A stretch of DNA of 64,000 bases, taken from contig NIVC01000788.1 of assembly GCA_002269645.1 (NCBI GenBank), positions 229,777 through 293,776 on the forward strand, in the 5' to 3' direction. Below the pieces are notes generated by a model. That model ran no database searches. It was not told where the DNA came from and was given only the letters and a program-made list of their open reading frames with translations. This document shows positions 24,836 to 39,556 of this stretch, piece after piece (positions within the stretch are counted from its first letter, which is position 1; each line of letters starts with the position of its first letter). Source of the DNA: Macrostomum lignano (lineage: Eukaryota). A program made the translations under genes and the position numbers.

Positions 24836-26214
24836 GGAGTGCAAAAGTAAAAAATTAGAGTCATAATAAATGCCAAAATTGGGGTCTGAAAGGCCAAAAG
24901 GTGTCTAAGATATTAACTCAAGATAAAGAGTTGCAGAGAGCAATTTTATAGAAGAGTCATAGCTGAAAGAATTGGCAAAACATACAAAGACCGCATGTGG
25001 ACCTACTAAAAGGATTAAATTGACTCACAAAAAGCAAGAGAACTACGCGCCGCATCATCCGCAGTTATGCTGATTGCGGCTACAACCGTCGCCATCAGAG
25101 CGCCAATAACGCAGCTGCACGAACTTCGGCAATCGATATAATAATTGATCATACAGGCAACGCGGGCACAGGAAGCCCGGCTATTAAGCCTGATATGGTG
25201 CAGTTTAATGCAGTATGGCTTGATGAGGGGCCCAAATTGGACCAGGAAATCAAGCCTGCTGTACAGCATGCCCCAGACCGACCGGATTTACATGCATAGC
25301 CGCCTAATTCAATATTATTACGGTTAGACCAAGGGAAAAGCGAATGCGGCTTTAAATTTCATTTTCTACTACATGCATGGGCGTCTTAATGATATATGCT
25401 GGAATGCTGGCCGAGGTCGAACTGACCAACACAACACTGACAGAGATGAGGCAAACGGGGAACTCTGAGCAAATGGCTACTATGGCCAAGAATACAAAAG
25501 TAAAAGGAAAGGTAAAAATTGCCCATCGCCGCGTTTATAATTTATTGACCAATACGGCGAGGCGAGTTCAGGCACAGAAAGTTCGGATCCTGCAGCGTGC
25601 CGCACGGGAGTAAAATTTGATGATGGGATAAAAATATTCAGCTAGCCATAAAAACACTGAATACCCGCTGGCGCGTGAATGAAAGGTGAAACAATGTGAA
25701 GAGAAAAGGTGCGAACAGATTTTCCAAAGTCTAATTAGCAAGTTAGAGACTGGATCGTGTTCCACATAACTAAAATATGAATACACGGTACCGTTAGTGC
25801 AGCATCGGCACTATTTTAGCTGACTAAAGTAATGTTGGACCAGTTTAGGCGAGCTGCACAGCCTGGCAAGCACTTTAGCCATACATAGCACAGCAGCTGC
25901 GGCTGTGTTTTTGTTCACAGGCTGCCCCCCGCCTTGGTCCCACCCGGCCAGGCTTTCGTATTAATTAATGCAAAGCCGGCGGGCCATTGTTAATCTCAGT
26001 CCGATATCGCTACCGCCAGTCGCTGGGCTTAGGCAATATTTATCTCCGCGCGCAGCAGCGGCTCGGGTAAACGGACTTTTAAAAGCTGTATGGATAGTAC
26101 GAAGTGACCGTGTTCTCTGCCGGGCACACTGTTTGCGCCAACCGTGAGTGATCAGTTTTGTCTGTCCTCCAAAAAAGAAGCTTGAAACAATCTACGGAAA
26201 ATATTGTTAAGAAG

Positions 26215-26290
26215 GGGGCGGAGCAGCTCAGGGTTAAACGATTTACACCCATGAGGGCCAATCCCCAAGGTACAGAGAGACCCCAAGATT
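26215..26290 (+). mobile_element. SINE family B, short deleted fragment
   Basis: GCGGAGCAGCTCAGGG head joined to CATGAGGGCCAATCCC. Confidence 0.5.
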
Positions 26291-27229
26291 AGAAGGTCAG
26301 GGATGATAGCATAAAGATAGGCTGGGCCATAGACAACAGGCAAATTTCTGACTGAGAGTCAAGCCAGCAAGAATTGGACAGGCAAATTTGCAATTTATGG
26401 CCACAGAGCTTTGTCAAAGATTGAGAGCAAGCATAATTCAAGAACTGCTTGACTTTAACTTATAGTTAACTATACAGCAGCAGACCTTGGTGTTCAGTTA
26501 TCACCTGTCAGACTTTGTTCTACAGGCTTTAAAATTTGGATGTCCGTCTTTTAACCTATAGGTTCCTGGGAACGAGGCGATCATGGAAGATTCCTTGAAG
26601 GTACACTTCATTTGTCTTGTGATGAATTTTCAGAACGGTTACAAGCATATACGTAGGCTAACTTTACTTTAACTGTTCATCAATTTTGTGTTTTTAAATT
26701 GTCACATTTTCATTTTAATTGGCACAATGTAATTTAAAAAATTCTGTCTGCCAATGCGAATCTAACTTCAACAAAGAGAAAAACTAAGGATTGCGGCAGT
26801 CAAAGCAAGGAGAGATTCTGCGGAGATAAAGTCACAACAATAATTGGGGTCGAAGTGTGCCGCATAATGAAGGCCAAAGCGAGTCAGGAATTGGGATTAG
26901 GGCGGAACTCCGATTTCTTAGAACTTGAAAAGCCGCAGAGGCGCAGGCACGCACTCGCTCGAACTGAAACTGCTCAAAATTCTGCGGTCCCAATTGACCA
27001 GCACTTGCCCTGGGACACTTGTGGTGTGGCAGCAGAATGAATGGGAGGAGGCATTAGTGCTCTGAGCGATGATGGAGGGCATCAATTAATTCGATTTTCT
27101 AGAAAATTTAGAAACGATGAAACGAAGGGGATGAACAGAGTCAGACAAATAGACAGACATTTAGGCAGACAGACGTTGAAGGGCAGAGGGGCAGTCTAAT
27201 GAAGACAGCCAGACAGACAGTTCTAAGAC

Positions 27230-27350
27230 AGGATGGATGGATGGGTGAGCGGATATATGGATGGACGGATAGATGGATAGATAGATGGATAGATGATAGA
27301 TAGATGGATAGATAGATAGATAGATAGATAGATGAATAGATAGATAGATG

Positions 27351-27390
<40 letters not shown>

Positions 27391-27454
27391 CATAGATACA
27401 TAGATAGATAGATAGATAGATAGATGGATAGATAGATAGATAGATAAATAGATG

Positions 27455-27493
<39 letters not shown>

Positions 27494-27599
27494 GGATAGA
27501 TAGATAGATAGATAGATGGATAGATAGATAGATAGATACATAGATACATAGATAGATAGATAGATAGATGGATAGATAGATAGATAGATAGATGGATAA

Positions 27600-27653
<54 letters not shown>

Positions 27654-27671
27654 GGATAGATAGATAGATAA

Positions 27672-27709
<38 letters not shown>

Positions 27710-27711
27710 GG

Positions 27712-27742
<31 letters not shown>

Positions 27743-27780
27743 GATAGATAGATAGATAGATGGATAGATAGATAGACAGC
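27230..27780. repeat. (GATA)n/(GGAT)n microsatellite; a (GACA)n(GGCA)n run also lies at 28607-28670
   Basis: Direct reading. Confidence 0.97.
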
Positions 27781-29379
27781 CGGATAGGTAGATGGCGCTA
27801 GCAGACAGTCAGACAGTGGGCAACCCTAGGAGTCTATATTACGAAAACAAGGCCGGGAGGAGCACACTTGCCTAATTGAACGTTAATCCTAGTGTCAACC
27901 TGACGCCCGAAAGGAAAAGGCGGAGGAAGAATCCCAGTGCCTAGTTAGAGAGCCCCTCCTTCTTCTCGCATCACCCGGCAGCTTAACAAGGCTAATGGCA
28001 TTTGTGCAAGGCAGCAAAACCCAATGCAGATCCTAAGGGCCAACGCGACTGAAGGCTGACTGGCGCATTGAAGTCCACTGCACGGCTTCTCAACAACAGC
28101 GGATTTGAATTCCCTGCGAGAGCGGAGAGCGGACCTGTTTGAAATTTAAAGCCCGTCGGATAGCGCCTGCATATACGGCCGTATTTGATTGAATTTTTAG
28201 CACCGTCAGATAGCAGATGAAGCTAATATGGAGAGCAGCGGAGTGGAAATAGGAGGCGGATTGAGAGGCGGATGCCACCTGTAGGACTTTGCCTTTAATC
28301 CTGCAGCCCCGCAGCGCAACCCGGCGTCACTTTTGCAAATAAAACAGCTCCGCTGGGACACCCATTTATGATTTATGACGATGGGTGGCTCTAATATGGC
28401 TCGTACGTCTGATTGCAGTACTAGACGCAACACTTAAATAGCCACTCAGGTTGATTAACTTGCAGCGATACGGCAGCTTTAATAGCTCGTATACATGAAA
28501 AGGCAGGCAAATTAGTGACTTAAAGTATATTTTTCCGAAAACTGTTTACTGTCTATTGTCCATCACAGAATATTGCCGCAAATGTGTTTTGAGTGAACAA
28601 CCGAGATAGACAGACAGACAGACAGACAGACAGGCAGGCAGGCAGGCAGGCAGACAGACAGACAGACAGTATTTTCTATGCAGTTTAGAGCACAATGTGA
28701 CACAGATAATATAGAATCTGTGGTTTTAGAGTTCTGTTAATAGGCTTTCGAAATGAGAGTTTTAGGGCCAAAAATTGGTCAACGGGAAATTCCAAAATGT
28801 TTTGGTTAAATTTTTAGAGAAGCCTAGTGATGACTTCCAGAAAAGAGGTCAAATGATGCTTCTCGGAGAAGAGGCCCAAGACGCATACGAGCTTACAAAG
28901 TTTTATGCAGAAATATATCAGTTCTATTAAGAATGGCATGCCAATTATGGACGGATTCAAGATTACTCCGACGGCTTAGCGAGTCCCGAATGGCACATTA
29001 TTATATCCGAACAAAACTACGAGCGCACAGATAGGGGAACAAATCGATACAGAGGCGCGATAGCGTTAAGTCCTGGAGAAATGGGATATTAGCTGCGGGT
29101 TAATAAAGATAAGTCTGCACCAAGTTTCAGCCTCGGAGTCAGAAGGCAGAAGGCAGGTAGACACGGCAGGAACTAATAATAATAAAGAAAAGAACGGCAG
29201 TAAAAGCGGCGAATTCCGGCGCAAAACAACAAAGCAAGTATCGGTTAGTTTTGGATGCTTTTACTGCCTAGCTATCACGTGTTCTCCCTCCGGGTTTGGT
29301 TAAAACTTTTCAAATCGGGCGCACAAAATGTATTCCCCTGACGTAACTAAAGGTGTTGGAGTTTTGGAATGAAGTCCCG

Positions 29380-29585
29380 AGACAGCTTTGGGGTGAATCT
29401 AGAGCCAGTTTTGGGGTAAATCTGGAGCCAGTTTTTGGGGTGAATCTGGAGGCTTTAGGGTAAATCTAGAGCCAGTTTTGAGGTAAATCGAGAGGTTTGG
29501 GGTGAATCTAGAGCCGGATTTGCGATAAATCGAGAGACGGATTTGGGGTTAATCCTGAGACAGTTTTGGTGCCAATCCAGAGACA
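29380..29585. repeat. Diverged 22-23-bp array TTTGGGGTRAATCTRGAGCCAG (~8 copies)
   Basis: Direct reading. Confidence 0.75.
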
Positions 29586-32500
29586 TCTTTAGTGTCAATG
29601 TATCAATAGACAGACTTGAGGTGTTCATCTCATATGATTAGATGGTCAATCCCCAAACAGTTTCAAACTCAGTTTTTCTTAAGAAGCCCTTATTGGGAAC
29701 TCAACCCGCAGATTAGCAGTACAGGGAGTATTAAAACCCAATACTGTCCTAATGGAATCTGCAAAAAGATAATTAATTGCAATGATGGATTTCGAAGCAC
29801 CGCAGGACCTCTGAAGTCAACTGTAAGGCGGGGGTTAATCGGCTTCGGCGAACGAGGCGGGATTTATTGCTCCCTGATCTTTCGTGCCCCTGCAAAATAT
29901 GACGGTTTGTTTTGCTTAAAGTTGCCCCTCAAGAGTGGGCAGAACAGGAGAGGGCATACGCTCTCTATTTTGCTTAGTATATATGATTTCGGCCAGTGGT
30001 AATATAAACTAGGAACATGCTTTACCGGAATCAAAGTACTAGTTGTACCAATTTTGGCACTCATTGCCTACACTATACTAATGCACACAAAAAATGTTTG
30101 AACTCGATGCATGTAACTGCTGGTCAAGTCAATCTGTAAATGTTTCGGTTACACAAAAGGTCTTCTTCAACCTCCAAGTGGCATATTGAAATTGACAGTG
30201 GCACCGGAGACTCCCTAGGGTAGGTAGCAAAGGGCAATTTATCTCTGTCAAATGTCAGCAGAATTTTAATGGATCTCTTCGCTCGACTATTGCTGTTGCT
30301 AGATAAAGTATAAAGTGCACGGACTTTGTGTACACTTGTAAGAAGCTTAGCTTTAGTAGTGTATAATATAAAACTTCTTATCACAACTATGAAAGCTTTC
30401 TAAATCGAGATGACAGTTTCTATACAGGAAAAAATGCTTCTTATACAATACACTTGGCAGATATGAGTAGGAGCAAGTGTATAAGCTGCCCCCCTGCACT
30501 CCGACACCGTTGTTCATCCCAGGTTCGATTTGACCGAAATCCGACACTAACAAGCAAGCGGCTTGTTAATCTCCCACCGGGAATGTCGCATCAACCCGTC
30601 CTCAGTGCTCCCGCAGCGTCTGGTCTCTCCCGCGCCGCAAAACAAGGAAAACGGCGCGGAGGAGAATGCACCGATCTAGTTGCTCCTGTCGAGCTGCCCG
30701 CCTAAGCCCCGCCAAACTAATCAATCAGAGCGAGCCCCGACGAGGCTCGGCAGTTAAGCTTTCACCGATCGCAGATAGGGAATGGATTATGCTACACCGT
30801 ACTATCCAACCAGAGGTCTATCCAGGTAACGGCGAGTGTAATCAAACTTGCGTGTTGTTTTGTGCAAGTAAACGGTTGTAACAACTGGTCACAAGGGTGT
30901 ACTACAACTCAGTGTACGAAGTAGCCCTTAACGAGTATTAATTATAGATGACGGTGCAATGCGTACACACAATAAAAGATTTATTAGTCGGCGGTAAAAG
31001 CTAAATGATTGATTTTACGCTGCTCACGTAGGGCTGGAAATCTGATGAAATCAGAAGATAAAAAGTTAGTTTGTCAGCCAAAGATCTGCGACTATTGGTT
31101 AGTCCAAGCTTGAAATTACTGGAGAAGTGCATGTAAGACACCTTGCTGGAATTGCGACCAAAAAGAACTGACTTCGAATCGGAAATCAGCTCCTTTTTCT
31201 AGCTCGTATAACTAATGCGAAGAATTGTATTAATTGAGTGCAAGCCCGTTGTTTAACAAAGATAGGGTCAAAATAAAGGCCGTGTACAAGCTATTTCTTG
31301 TGGTATCCAGGCTGAAGAGAAACACAAAGTACCTAAACTGTAGTGGTGACGAATGCAGCTAGACTCGCATAGAGTGGACTCAGTAGTTAAAGAAAGACGG
31401 CGTATCTTGCAAGGACAACTCCGGACTCCCAAGTGGACATCTTTATTGAGCCCAACAAAACCTCGTCAGAGCGGCTGACCCATCCTTACAATTTCTATTT
31501 TGGCACCCCAGTTCAATTTGCAATGTTTTCCAAGGCCCCTCATATGTAGGCCCCTCTGGCCCAGTAAAGCCGGCCGCGTGCGTGCATGTCGCGTGTGTAC
31601 AGTTCGACAAGGAGTTAAGCCGAGGCGCAGGAATGATTGAATTTTGTCTCGCCGAACCTGCCTCTTCCCCCCCGGGGGGACTGACTAAGCCGTTGAGGGT
31701 ACATTTTTACTACGTAACCTGATTATGCCTCTCAACAGTACGAAACCCGACAGTCCAGCATCGACGGCGATTCAGCCCTCTTTTTGCTCCCCTCTTCTCG
31801 CCCAAGTAAAGCGAACAACCTGCAGCACTGACTGGGCGCATGCGCCAGAACCGAAGCCAGGCCAAACTCACGCATATTTTTTGATGCCATGCAGGAATTG
31901 ATTGAGGACTTTCTTTTATCCGAGAATGAAGCTCGGCGCGCAAACTGTTCGATTGAGTCTTTGATTGAGAGGCGAGCTAAATTCTCTTCTCTCTTCCTAA
32001 GCCGTTCACTTTCTAGCCAGCGCTCCTGCCGCCACTGCAGCCACGTATAAAAAGCGCCGTACACCCCTCTGGCCCAGCAATGCAGAATTATCGGCTCATT
32101 ATTTTATTCCGTACAAACGGCGCGCCATTTAGCTGCACAGCCACCCGCACTAATTCTTATAGTATGCCTAAAGCATGCGCAGCTCAAAATTAAGCTCTAC
32201 CAGATCCGGCCAGGCATCAGGCGATATGCTGTTGACCAGTTTCTGCACAGCCAAACTCTCATATGCGTACTAAGGTAAAAGTTGCTCGCATGCGACTGCA
32301 ACCAAGCCATGCTGAGAGACGTGCAGTGTGGGAAGGAGGGAGGGGAGTACAGCGTGCGATTCCCATTGCATGTATATTGTATGAGCGGCCCTTCTCGTCT
32401 AACTTCCGCCGCCAGCAGGTCAATCAAATGAAAAAGCAGTACCGCATTGAAACTAACACTAAAATCGATGCATGCTACAATTCTGTAAAGCTATGCATTG

Positions 32501-35500
32501 TGCGACACATCTATAATACGCTCTTGAACTTAATCAACCTCTTTTTAAATATCTACATCCATCATTACTGTCGGCACATGGTTTACTCACCGGCAGCCAT
32601 GCATTCGATGCAAAGCAACCATGCCGACAAGATTCTGCTGCTGCTGACTAGCGGGCTTTTCACCCATGTCGATAGAAAAGAGATGCAAACTGCCAAGTTA
32701 ATCCTAGGCGAGAAAACAGATTACAAACACGAGGATTCTAAACGCTTATTGACAAGAGATGCTTAGCCGGTAAAGCTGGCAGCAATTGCTTATGTCCGGC
32801 ATGTCTTTAAGCTTGCTAAAAATAACTTCTAAGTGTACAATGCGCAACCGATGGCGTCTCCTGTTTAGGCTGCTTATTACAAAAGATGAATAGCGGGAGC
32901 AACTGGCATTTACCAGCTGGCTCGCACTGAATTATTTCAAACCGGCTGCCGTGTATAATACATGGCAATGGGCCACACGCAGAGTGGCACACTTTATAGT
33001 TATTAAAAGGCTTGGGTGTCCGAGGTGGGCCAATCCCTAATTGCTGCAGCTAACCCACTCGTGGGATCGCTGTATCACTAATCCAGTCTGCACGGACCAA
33101 TCAGAGATCGCCAAGTCGGTCAAATCCCACTGTGGCCATTCTATATACTTGACCATCTATCTAACTCTTCATTTCTGCCTGTTTTTCATAGACCTGCTCG
33201 CTTAAATAACGTGAGTTTATCCACAACATCACTGCAAGTAGCATGCTTGGGATATTTGCATCTTTTCCATTAAAAACAACCACAATTCTACATCAGATTG
33301 AGTGTAGCGAATGCCAATATCCACGCTCAGTATAGCTTAGTACTGGCTTATCGAATAGGACACTCAAACTGAAGATAGAATTATAAGTAGGCATGCAAGA
33401 CCTGCATATATTAAAGCAAGCTATATGGTGGAATGGGCTATAAGGGCCCAGTGTAGACTATACTCATATGACTTGAGCATAAATTCGATGCAAATTTTAT
33501 TGCGCCAAAAAGGTGAAGTGCAAATTAGCGATTTCGGCTTTAGTCAATCAGAACCAGTCGCAGATTGTTCAGATCAGAAGCAGCGAATTCCTTAAACTAA
33601 TTTCGACTCATTCGATTGACTTAATTTAGCAGATTCGCGCCCATAACAGTGTCAACTAACTGGTCGATAGCTAAAGTGGGCCGATATTTAGGAAGCTTAC
33701 AGAAAAATCGATCTTCGAAATCAGGCTTCACTAATCAGAATTTCTGTTGACTATCATACTGTTACATTCTGGTCAGCGCATGTTCGTATATATTGTTAGA
33801 TTTTAATATTAGGAAGTGATCACTAAAATTGAAGCATTATCAATGCTTTGGTCTGCATTGAAACAATTTTAGGACTCAAAAAACTTGTGAACACGCTCAG
33901 CTCAAGTGGTAGGCAAAAAGCTCCAACGCATCCCTTAGCTAGGATTTTACTGACTAAGCATTGTCAAAATCCACGCGCTGCTGAATATTTATTTCAGCAT
34001 TTGCTGCTCTATTCTAATCCGCAAGAAAAGTGCCCGCCCCATTCCTGACCAGATGAATATAGGCCAGAACTGCAACTTATATATGGCAGTGCAATTTATA
34101 CTATTTGAAGTGTACCAAAAAACTGCTGCAGCTACTCAGATCTAGCGAGAGAAAACGAAAGCAGGAAAAGAGGAAAGGAGAGAGACCACCGATCGATTGG
34201 CCCTTTCCGGGTACGGTCCCAGGAGATCGCGGCCCGTATAAGACCGTCTGTTCCTGTTCGAGGATTAGCCGACGCGAATACGCATTCACTTATACGCAAG
34301 TAAATATACTCGTGCTTAACTGTCAACGGGATTCCAAAGGGAACTAGCGACACAGAGGCGGAAGAAGGACATAAGAGGCCCTCGAGGTCACACGCGGGGA
34401 ATATAGAAGCAGGATAAACGAGACGTCAAATAGCTTTGCCCTTTTTGAGACCAAGGATTTAGGAGAAGCGCACAGGAAATGAAGGCCAGTAGCTGAGAGA
34501 CAAGTAGCAGAAGAAACAGTTGCGTGTCAATGCGAACGAGTCAATCCATTGGCAAATTATGGATTGAGTTTGTTTCATTCCAAGAATCGGAGAACCCGCG
34601 GGGTAACTCAAATTATGTTTTTTTATTATTAAACATGGTAAAAAGTTTCAACATTCTTAGGAAAGTCGCACAAATTTTCTAATTTTTAGTCCTGTACCAC
34701 TGTACCAGACCCGCTGTCAATAAAAATTTGCATAAATAAAAAAAAAATACCATACCAGATATTTGTTATTTCATAGAACAAAACCTGTAAGCTCTATCGG
34801 TACGCCTAGCACTTACCGAAACACAAGAATACAAAAGCTACTGAGATAAGCTCAATTCAATGCTTTCTACCAATAAAAGATAGCTTAGGGTTAAAGGGTA
34901 CATAGGAAGTGCTAATTAACCACTAGGTGTAAAAGCGAGAATCTACCTAAAGGCAAAACCAGGCAGAGATAAAGAGCCACTGAGAGAACGAGAAAAGTTA
35001 GCTCGTTCCACCCTTGTTTTCCTATCCTCTAATAGGTTCTAGGCGCATCGTTAGACTGCAAAATAGCCTCCGGTGTGTAAGACCAACCGCCACTCCCCAA
35101 CGACAAAGTATAGAGCGGCGGCACACTGACACTATGCTCGGTTTAGTATGTGGCGGCAGCGGCAACAGTGGATTACACAGCAGCTGCTTCATCCCGCTGT
35201 CCCGGCAGCAGCTGCAGGGGGGGGGTCAATTTCGTTTCAGTAACGGCGAGAATAGACGTCTCTCTGTCCATGTATTTATGGCGCCTAGCGATCCTCCATA
35301 TGTATGCCAGTAGTGGCAGCATTGAACACAGTTGAATAAAGTACAAGAAACCCAACGGTTCAGCAAGGAGGTAAAGCAAGGCGAAGAGCTAAGCGAAGCT
35401 GCAAGCGACACAGTTGCTTCTACTTGATCTAAGCCAACCAACAGCAACTGGGCTGCCCGCTGGGTTTACTATTTAGTATACATATAATATCTAGGGATGA

Positions 35501-37666
35501 TGCAAATTAGCCCTAGACCAACCCACCGAACTGCCGCTGAGCCCAATTCCATTTCCCAAGTTTCAATCGCGTCCGGCCAGTCATTCAGCCAGCCAGCCCC
35601 AGCAGGATCTTTTCGACTAAGGCTGCGGCAATAAAACCCTCCGTTGGTTGTACTTTGACAGATGGAAGGAAAGACAGTGTATTATGAATATTCGCACAGT
35701 AGTGATTGCATCTATGCAGGGGCGATTGTGTCGAAGCGGAGTTGAAAGCAGAAGCTTAGCTTTTATCAGTAGCTCCTGGTTTATTTATCTTGCCTTTCTG
35801 TTATTCTATCTACCTTTGATTGTATGTGCCAGTCAAAATACATACACATTTTTGCATTTGCAGTTGCAATGCATTATTTACCTTGGTGAATCAAACTCAC
35901 AAGAGACTGCAACGGCCCATAATGAGCGTAAAAAGCGCAAAAATATATGTGCTAAAAGCAAAGACTTTATGCTATCCATTGAGCAGCAGCAAATTGAATT
36001 TCTCCAATTCCGTGTCATGTCCGCACATTACAAAGCAAAAAGCCTCTGCAGTCTTTGGGCCAGACTGCACAACTAGCTAATTAGAACATTCGCCGTATTC
36101 TCAGTCTAAGAGCTTTTCTTGGACGTACTCTGATCTACCACATATACTAAACCTGTGTACTATGCACGCATATTTTAACAGAATATATGAGCTAATATAG
36201 TTAAAACATTCACATGTCCCAATCACGACATCGACTGACTTAGAAAAGCCTTAAGAATCCACAAAGGATGGGAGAAAGGAGCATTCACTGCGATTTATGG
36301 TACTTTATTTCATTTTAGCTTCTGAAAGACTGACTCTTCTACATCTTCTACATGTAGGTTATGAGAGTAACAATAGGTTAATCCTTTAGTTACTGCTAGA
36401 CATTGAAAGCGTCCATTCGACTAGTTGATAATTTCATAAGTTCCAATTTCGAAAACAACCAAACACAGTGTAAAGAGTATAAATGGTGCTACAGTGAACA
36501 TTTAACAAAACCACCTGACTTTGCTATAATCTTTTGCTATACTTCGTACACATAGCAAAGCTTGCCTACAAGAAAGTTTAACCTGGCAGCACAATATTTA
36601 CTAGCTAACACCTGTGGGCTATGCTAACCCCGCCCTAACCGCTGTCGCTGTGCGTGTTAACTACTACGGGGAGTCAGGGAGTTAAACAATTTTTTGTCAT
36701 TTCCATTTCTCCAGAAAAACTCCAGCCAGTAAGACTAATTGTCCAAGAATTGTGGGTGGAGGTTGAAGGGAGTTTAGCAGTGGGTTATAAAATGCACTGA
36801 GAGTAACTTTGAGAGAAAGAAAGAAAATGAAAGAAATGCCACTTTGAGTTGGGGCAGGGTCAGCAGACTCAAGTAAAGCTTAGTAAAGGAAGAGACGAGA
36901 CTCGTTAGACTTTGTACTGGACCGCTTAAAATGCATAACTATCATATAGCTACGAAGAAACTCAGTCCTAGGAGAGAAAGACTAAATGTTGAAAATCATT
37001 AAAGTAACAGCAAATGCGCAGATTGTAGCAGCACAAGTCATTCAGAATTTTGAGAATAATAAAAATGTGTACAAAAACAAAATGTGTTTCAAAAACAAGG
37101 GCAAGCACGCCTGAAGCACAATAAGCGACTGTGAGCGCCCTAAACTTATACGGCCGACAAATAATACTTTGCAAATTGAATATGAGTAGTGCTCAGCATT
37201 GTGGACCGTGGTCTCACGAATACAAAGAATGGTGCTTCTTAACGTTAAAGTACAAATGGATTATTTTCCTAAAGATCTAATCGGAATTAGACTATATGAA
37301 CCGTAAAACTAAACTAAGAAAGTTGGAAAAGATGAGCTAAAAAAGACTTAGTCATCAATTCTGACAGTTTTTAATTGTCGATCAAGGTTAATGATGATTG
37401 AATTAGCTACTGGAGTGGAGTTGACAAATGATCGACAGTTTACAAGCTCAAAATTTCGCATCAATAAACTTGATCAACTTATGAGTTAGCGAAAGTGGCT
37501 AGCAATATGATTTTTTGACAATTCAAAAAGTTTCAAGCTTGTCAACGTCATCGATTGACTTTTCAACGATGCGAAATGTTTGTGCTGTATCCCGTCTTGA
37601 AGTACAGCTTCAGCTCTAGTAAACAGATGGGCGACTATAAAACACAGAAGGCATAAAAGTACTCAC

Positions 37667-37772
37667 TACTCGAAGATCATGTACAGCTTTCCATCAGAGC
37701 TGTGCGTTTCGCATAGCTCAACAATGTGGCTATGCTTCAACTGGCGGCAGATTTCGACTTCGCGATTCAGAT
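37667..37772 (-). CDS. CASK: CASK exon 3 (106 nt)
   Basis: ctaatccacag|AT CTG... gives [35 protein letters not shown], then TA|gtgagt. Phases fit exons 2 and 4. Confidence 0.97.
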
Positions 37773-37929
37773 CTGTGGATTAGACAGATTAGTCAGCAAT
37801 AGTATTGACACAGATGCCAAGATCTTGCCTCGGGCAAATTTTTTCCATGCACCATGCCTGTGTATGCCATAACATAAGTTGCTACTAATATAAAGCAATT
37901 ATAATATTGCATAAGTCAAATAACCATAC

Positions 37930-38042
37930 CTTCCAAAGTTAATCCAGGATTAGACGTAAACTTTGCTATGTCAACGATTTTCACAGCAAATTGCTTCTGT
38001 GTCTGCTTGTGAAGACATCTTCTTAAAGTGCTGAATGGACCC
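37930..38042 (-). CDS. CASK: CASK exon 2 (113 nt)
   Basis: ttttag|G GGT CCA... gives (R)[37 protein letters not shown], then G|gtatgg. This is the CASK Gly-rich loop and VAIK-type lysine. Not in the ORF track. Confidence 0.97.
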
Positions 38043-39416
38043 CTAAAATTAAAAGCAAAATTAACCATTCTAGCTTACAAATGATTTTCAAAATTATAAC
38101 TGATAAGCTACCTTCAAAGGAAAAGTATATGCAATGGAATAAAATTTTCATTTTACAATTAAAAACTGCATCTGGATAAATCTATTTTATATTGATTAGA
38201 AACCATACTATATTTATATATGTTTACTTTTAATAATAATTGATAACTCTTAGCATACATATATAACACCTAGCTGATCTAGTTAGCTGGCGAGGGGCCC
38301 AGCCAAGGAAAGTTGCAAAAAATGAACAGAAAGCTTAAAATCAACATTTACTATATTTTTGCCTATATTAGCTTTCTATTTCTTTCTAAACAGCTTCCTG
38401 TTTATTTCACTTTTGAAGCAAAGCACTTTACCACAAGTCACAAAAATGCCTACCCAAATAATACAGACAAAGTGTTACTTAGATGCTGAGGCCTTTAGTT
38501 TTTTTAAGACAGTCATAGTTACTCTTGTGATTTACCTAAAATTGCATTAATTTTGCTTTAGCTTTTCTTTTATAGGTAAGTTGCATTTTTGGTCAAAAAG
38601 TAAGTGACATGGCCAATATAAATCAGGGGCTTATACATAAATAATTCATAGGTCATAATGCTTATTAGTTTTATTGCATGATTATATAATTATCTATAAA
38701 AATGTATTAAATAATTGAGCTTCAAAAATTCAATGAAAACAACAATTAACCATATATTGTAGGATACTATTATGTAAATACTATTATAAAATTAATAAGA
38801 GTAGGTCTATATAATCTTAATTTTTGACCAAAAATTATGTATATTATAATTAAGCTGAAATTTAGTAATTGGTTAAGTTGATAAAGAATTAGACTGCTAT
38901 GTTTTTCAGCCTTTTATAATCTGCTAATTATCATAAAAAGTTATTTTGTCTACTATGAAAATTTTTAGGCCTACAAGGTATATATTAAGTCAGCACTTAT
39001 TTATTTTTGCTACATATAAAAGTATTGTAAAGATATAATATGCCACTTATATAATTTATTGTCAAACACATAAATTACATATTTATTTAAGTTTTTCTTT
39101 AAGGGCCTAGGACTACAGAACTAGGACTTATTCTTATTTATTTACTAGAAAAAGTTGATTTGTTTATAAGCCCACAAAAAGATAATAAATTGCTAGTAAA
39201 AGATGGGAGATTAAATTTTTTTGTAAATTACAATCTAGCATAGGCCCTAATTATTTTTTATTATACTTTTGCACAAAGGCTCAAGTAGAAAAAGAGTCTA
39301 TAATAGCAAATAAAAGAATTAGGCCCTACTATGTATAATATACTTTTTTTAGACCCTAGTGCACTTAAAGTTCAACTTGAAAAAATGTTTGATAAAGTTT
39401 TGATAAAAATTCTTAC

Positions 39417-39556
39417 CGTCCAACAATTTCAAATACTTGATACATATCAGCAAAAGATCCGTTGATATTAGCTTTTAAACTTGAATTTGACTTATCAATA
39501 AAGTTAGTGGCATTAGCACACTGACTATGAGACTGGGTGCTTAAAAATCTATTCAT
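39417..39556 (-). CDS. CASK: CASK exon 1 (start-codon exon, 140 nt coding)
   Basis: Translates MNRFLSTQSHSQCANATNFIDKSNSSLKANINGSFADMYQVFEIVG+CG, then donor GTAAGA. FADMYQVFEIVGR aligns to CASK FEDVYELCEVIGK. Phase 2 matches the next exon. The exact start ATG is inferred. Confidence 0.85.

Noticed and set aside
26561-26600. Plus-strand exon-like stretch (tag|GTTCCTGGG...TTGAAG|gtacac); a similar one lies at 19940-20063
   Set aside because: Weak signals, no recognisable protein and no partner exons, so a nested gene is unsupported.
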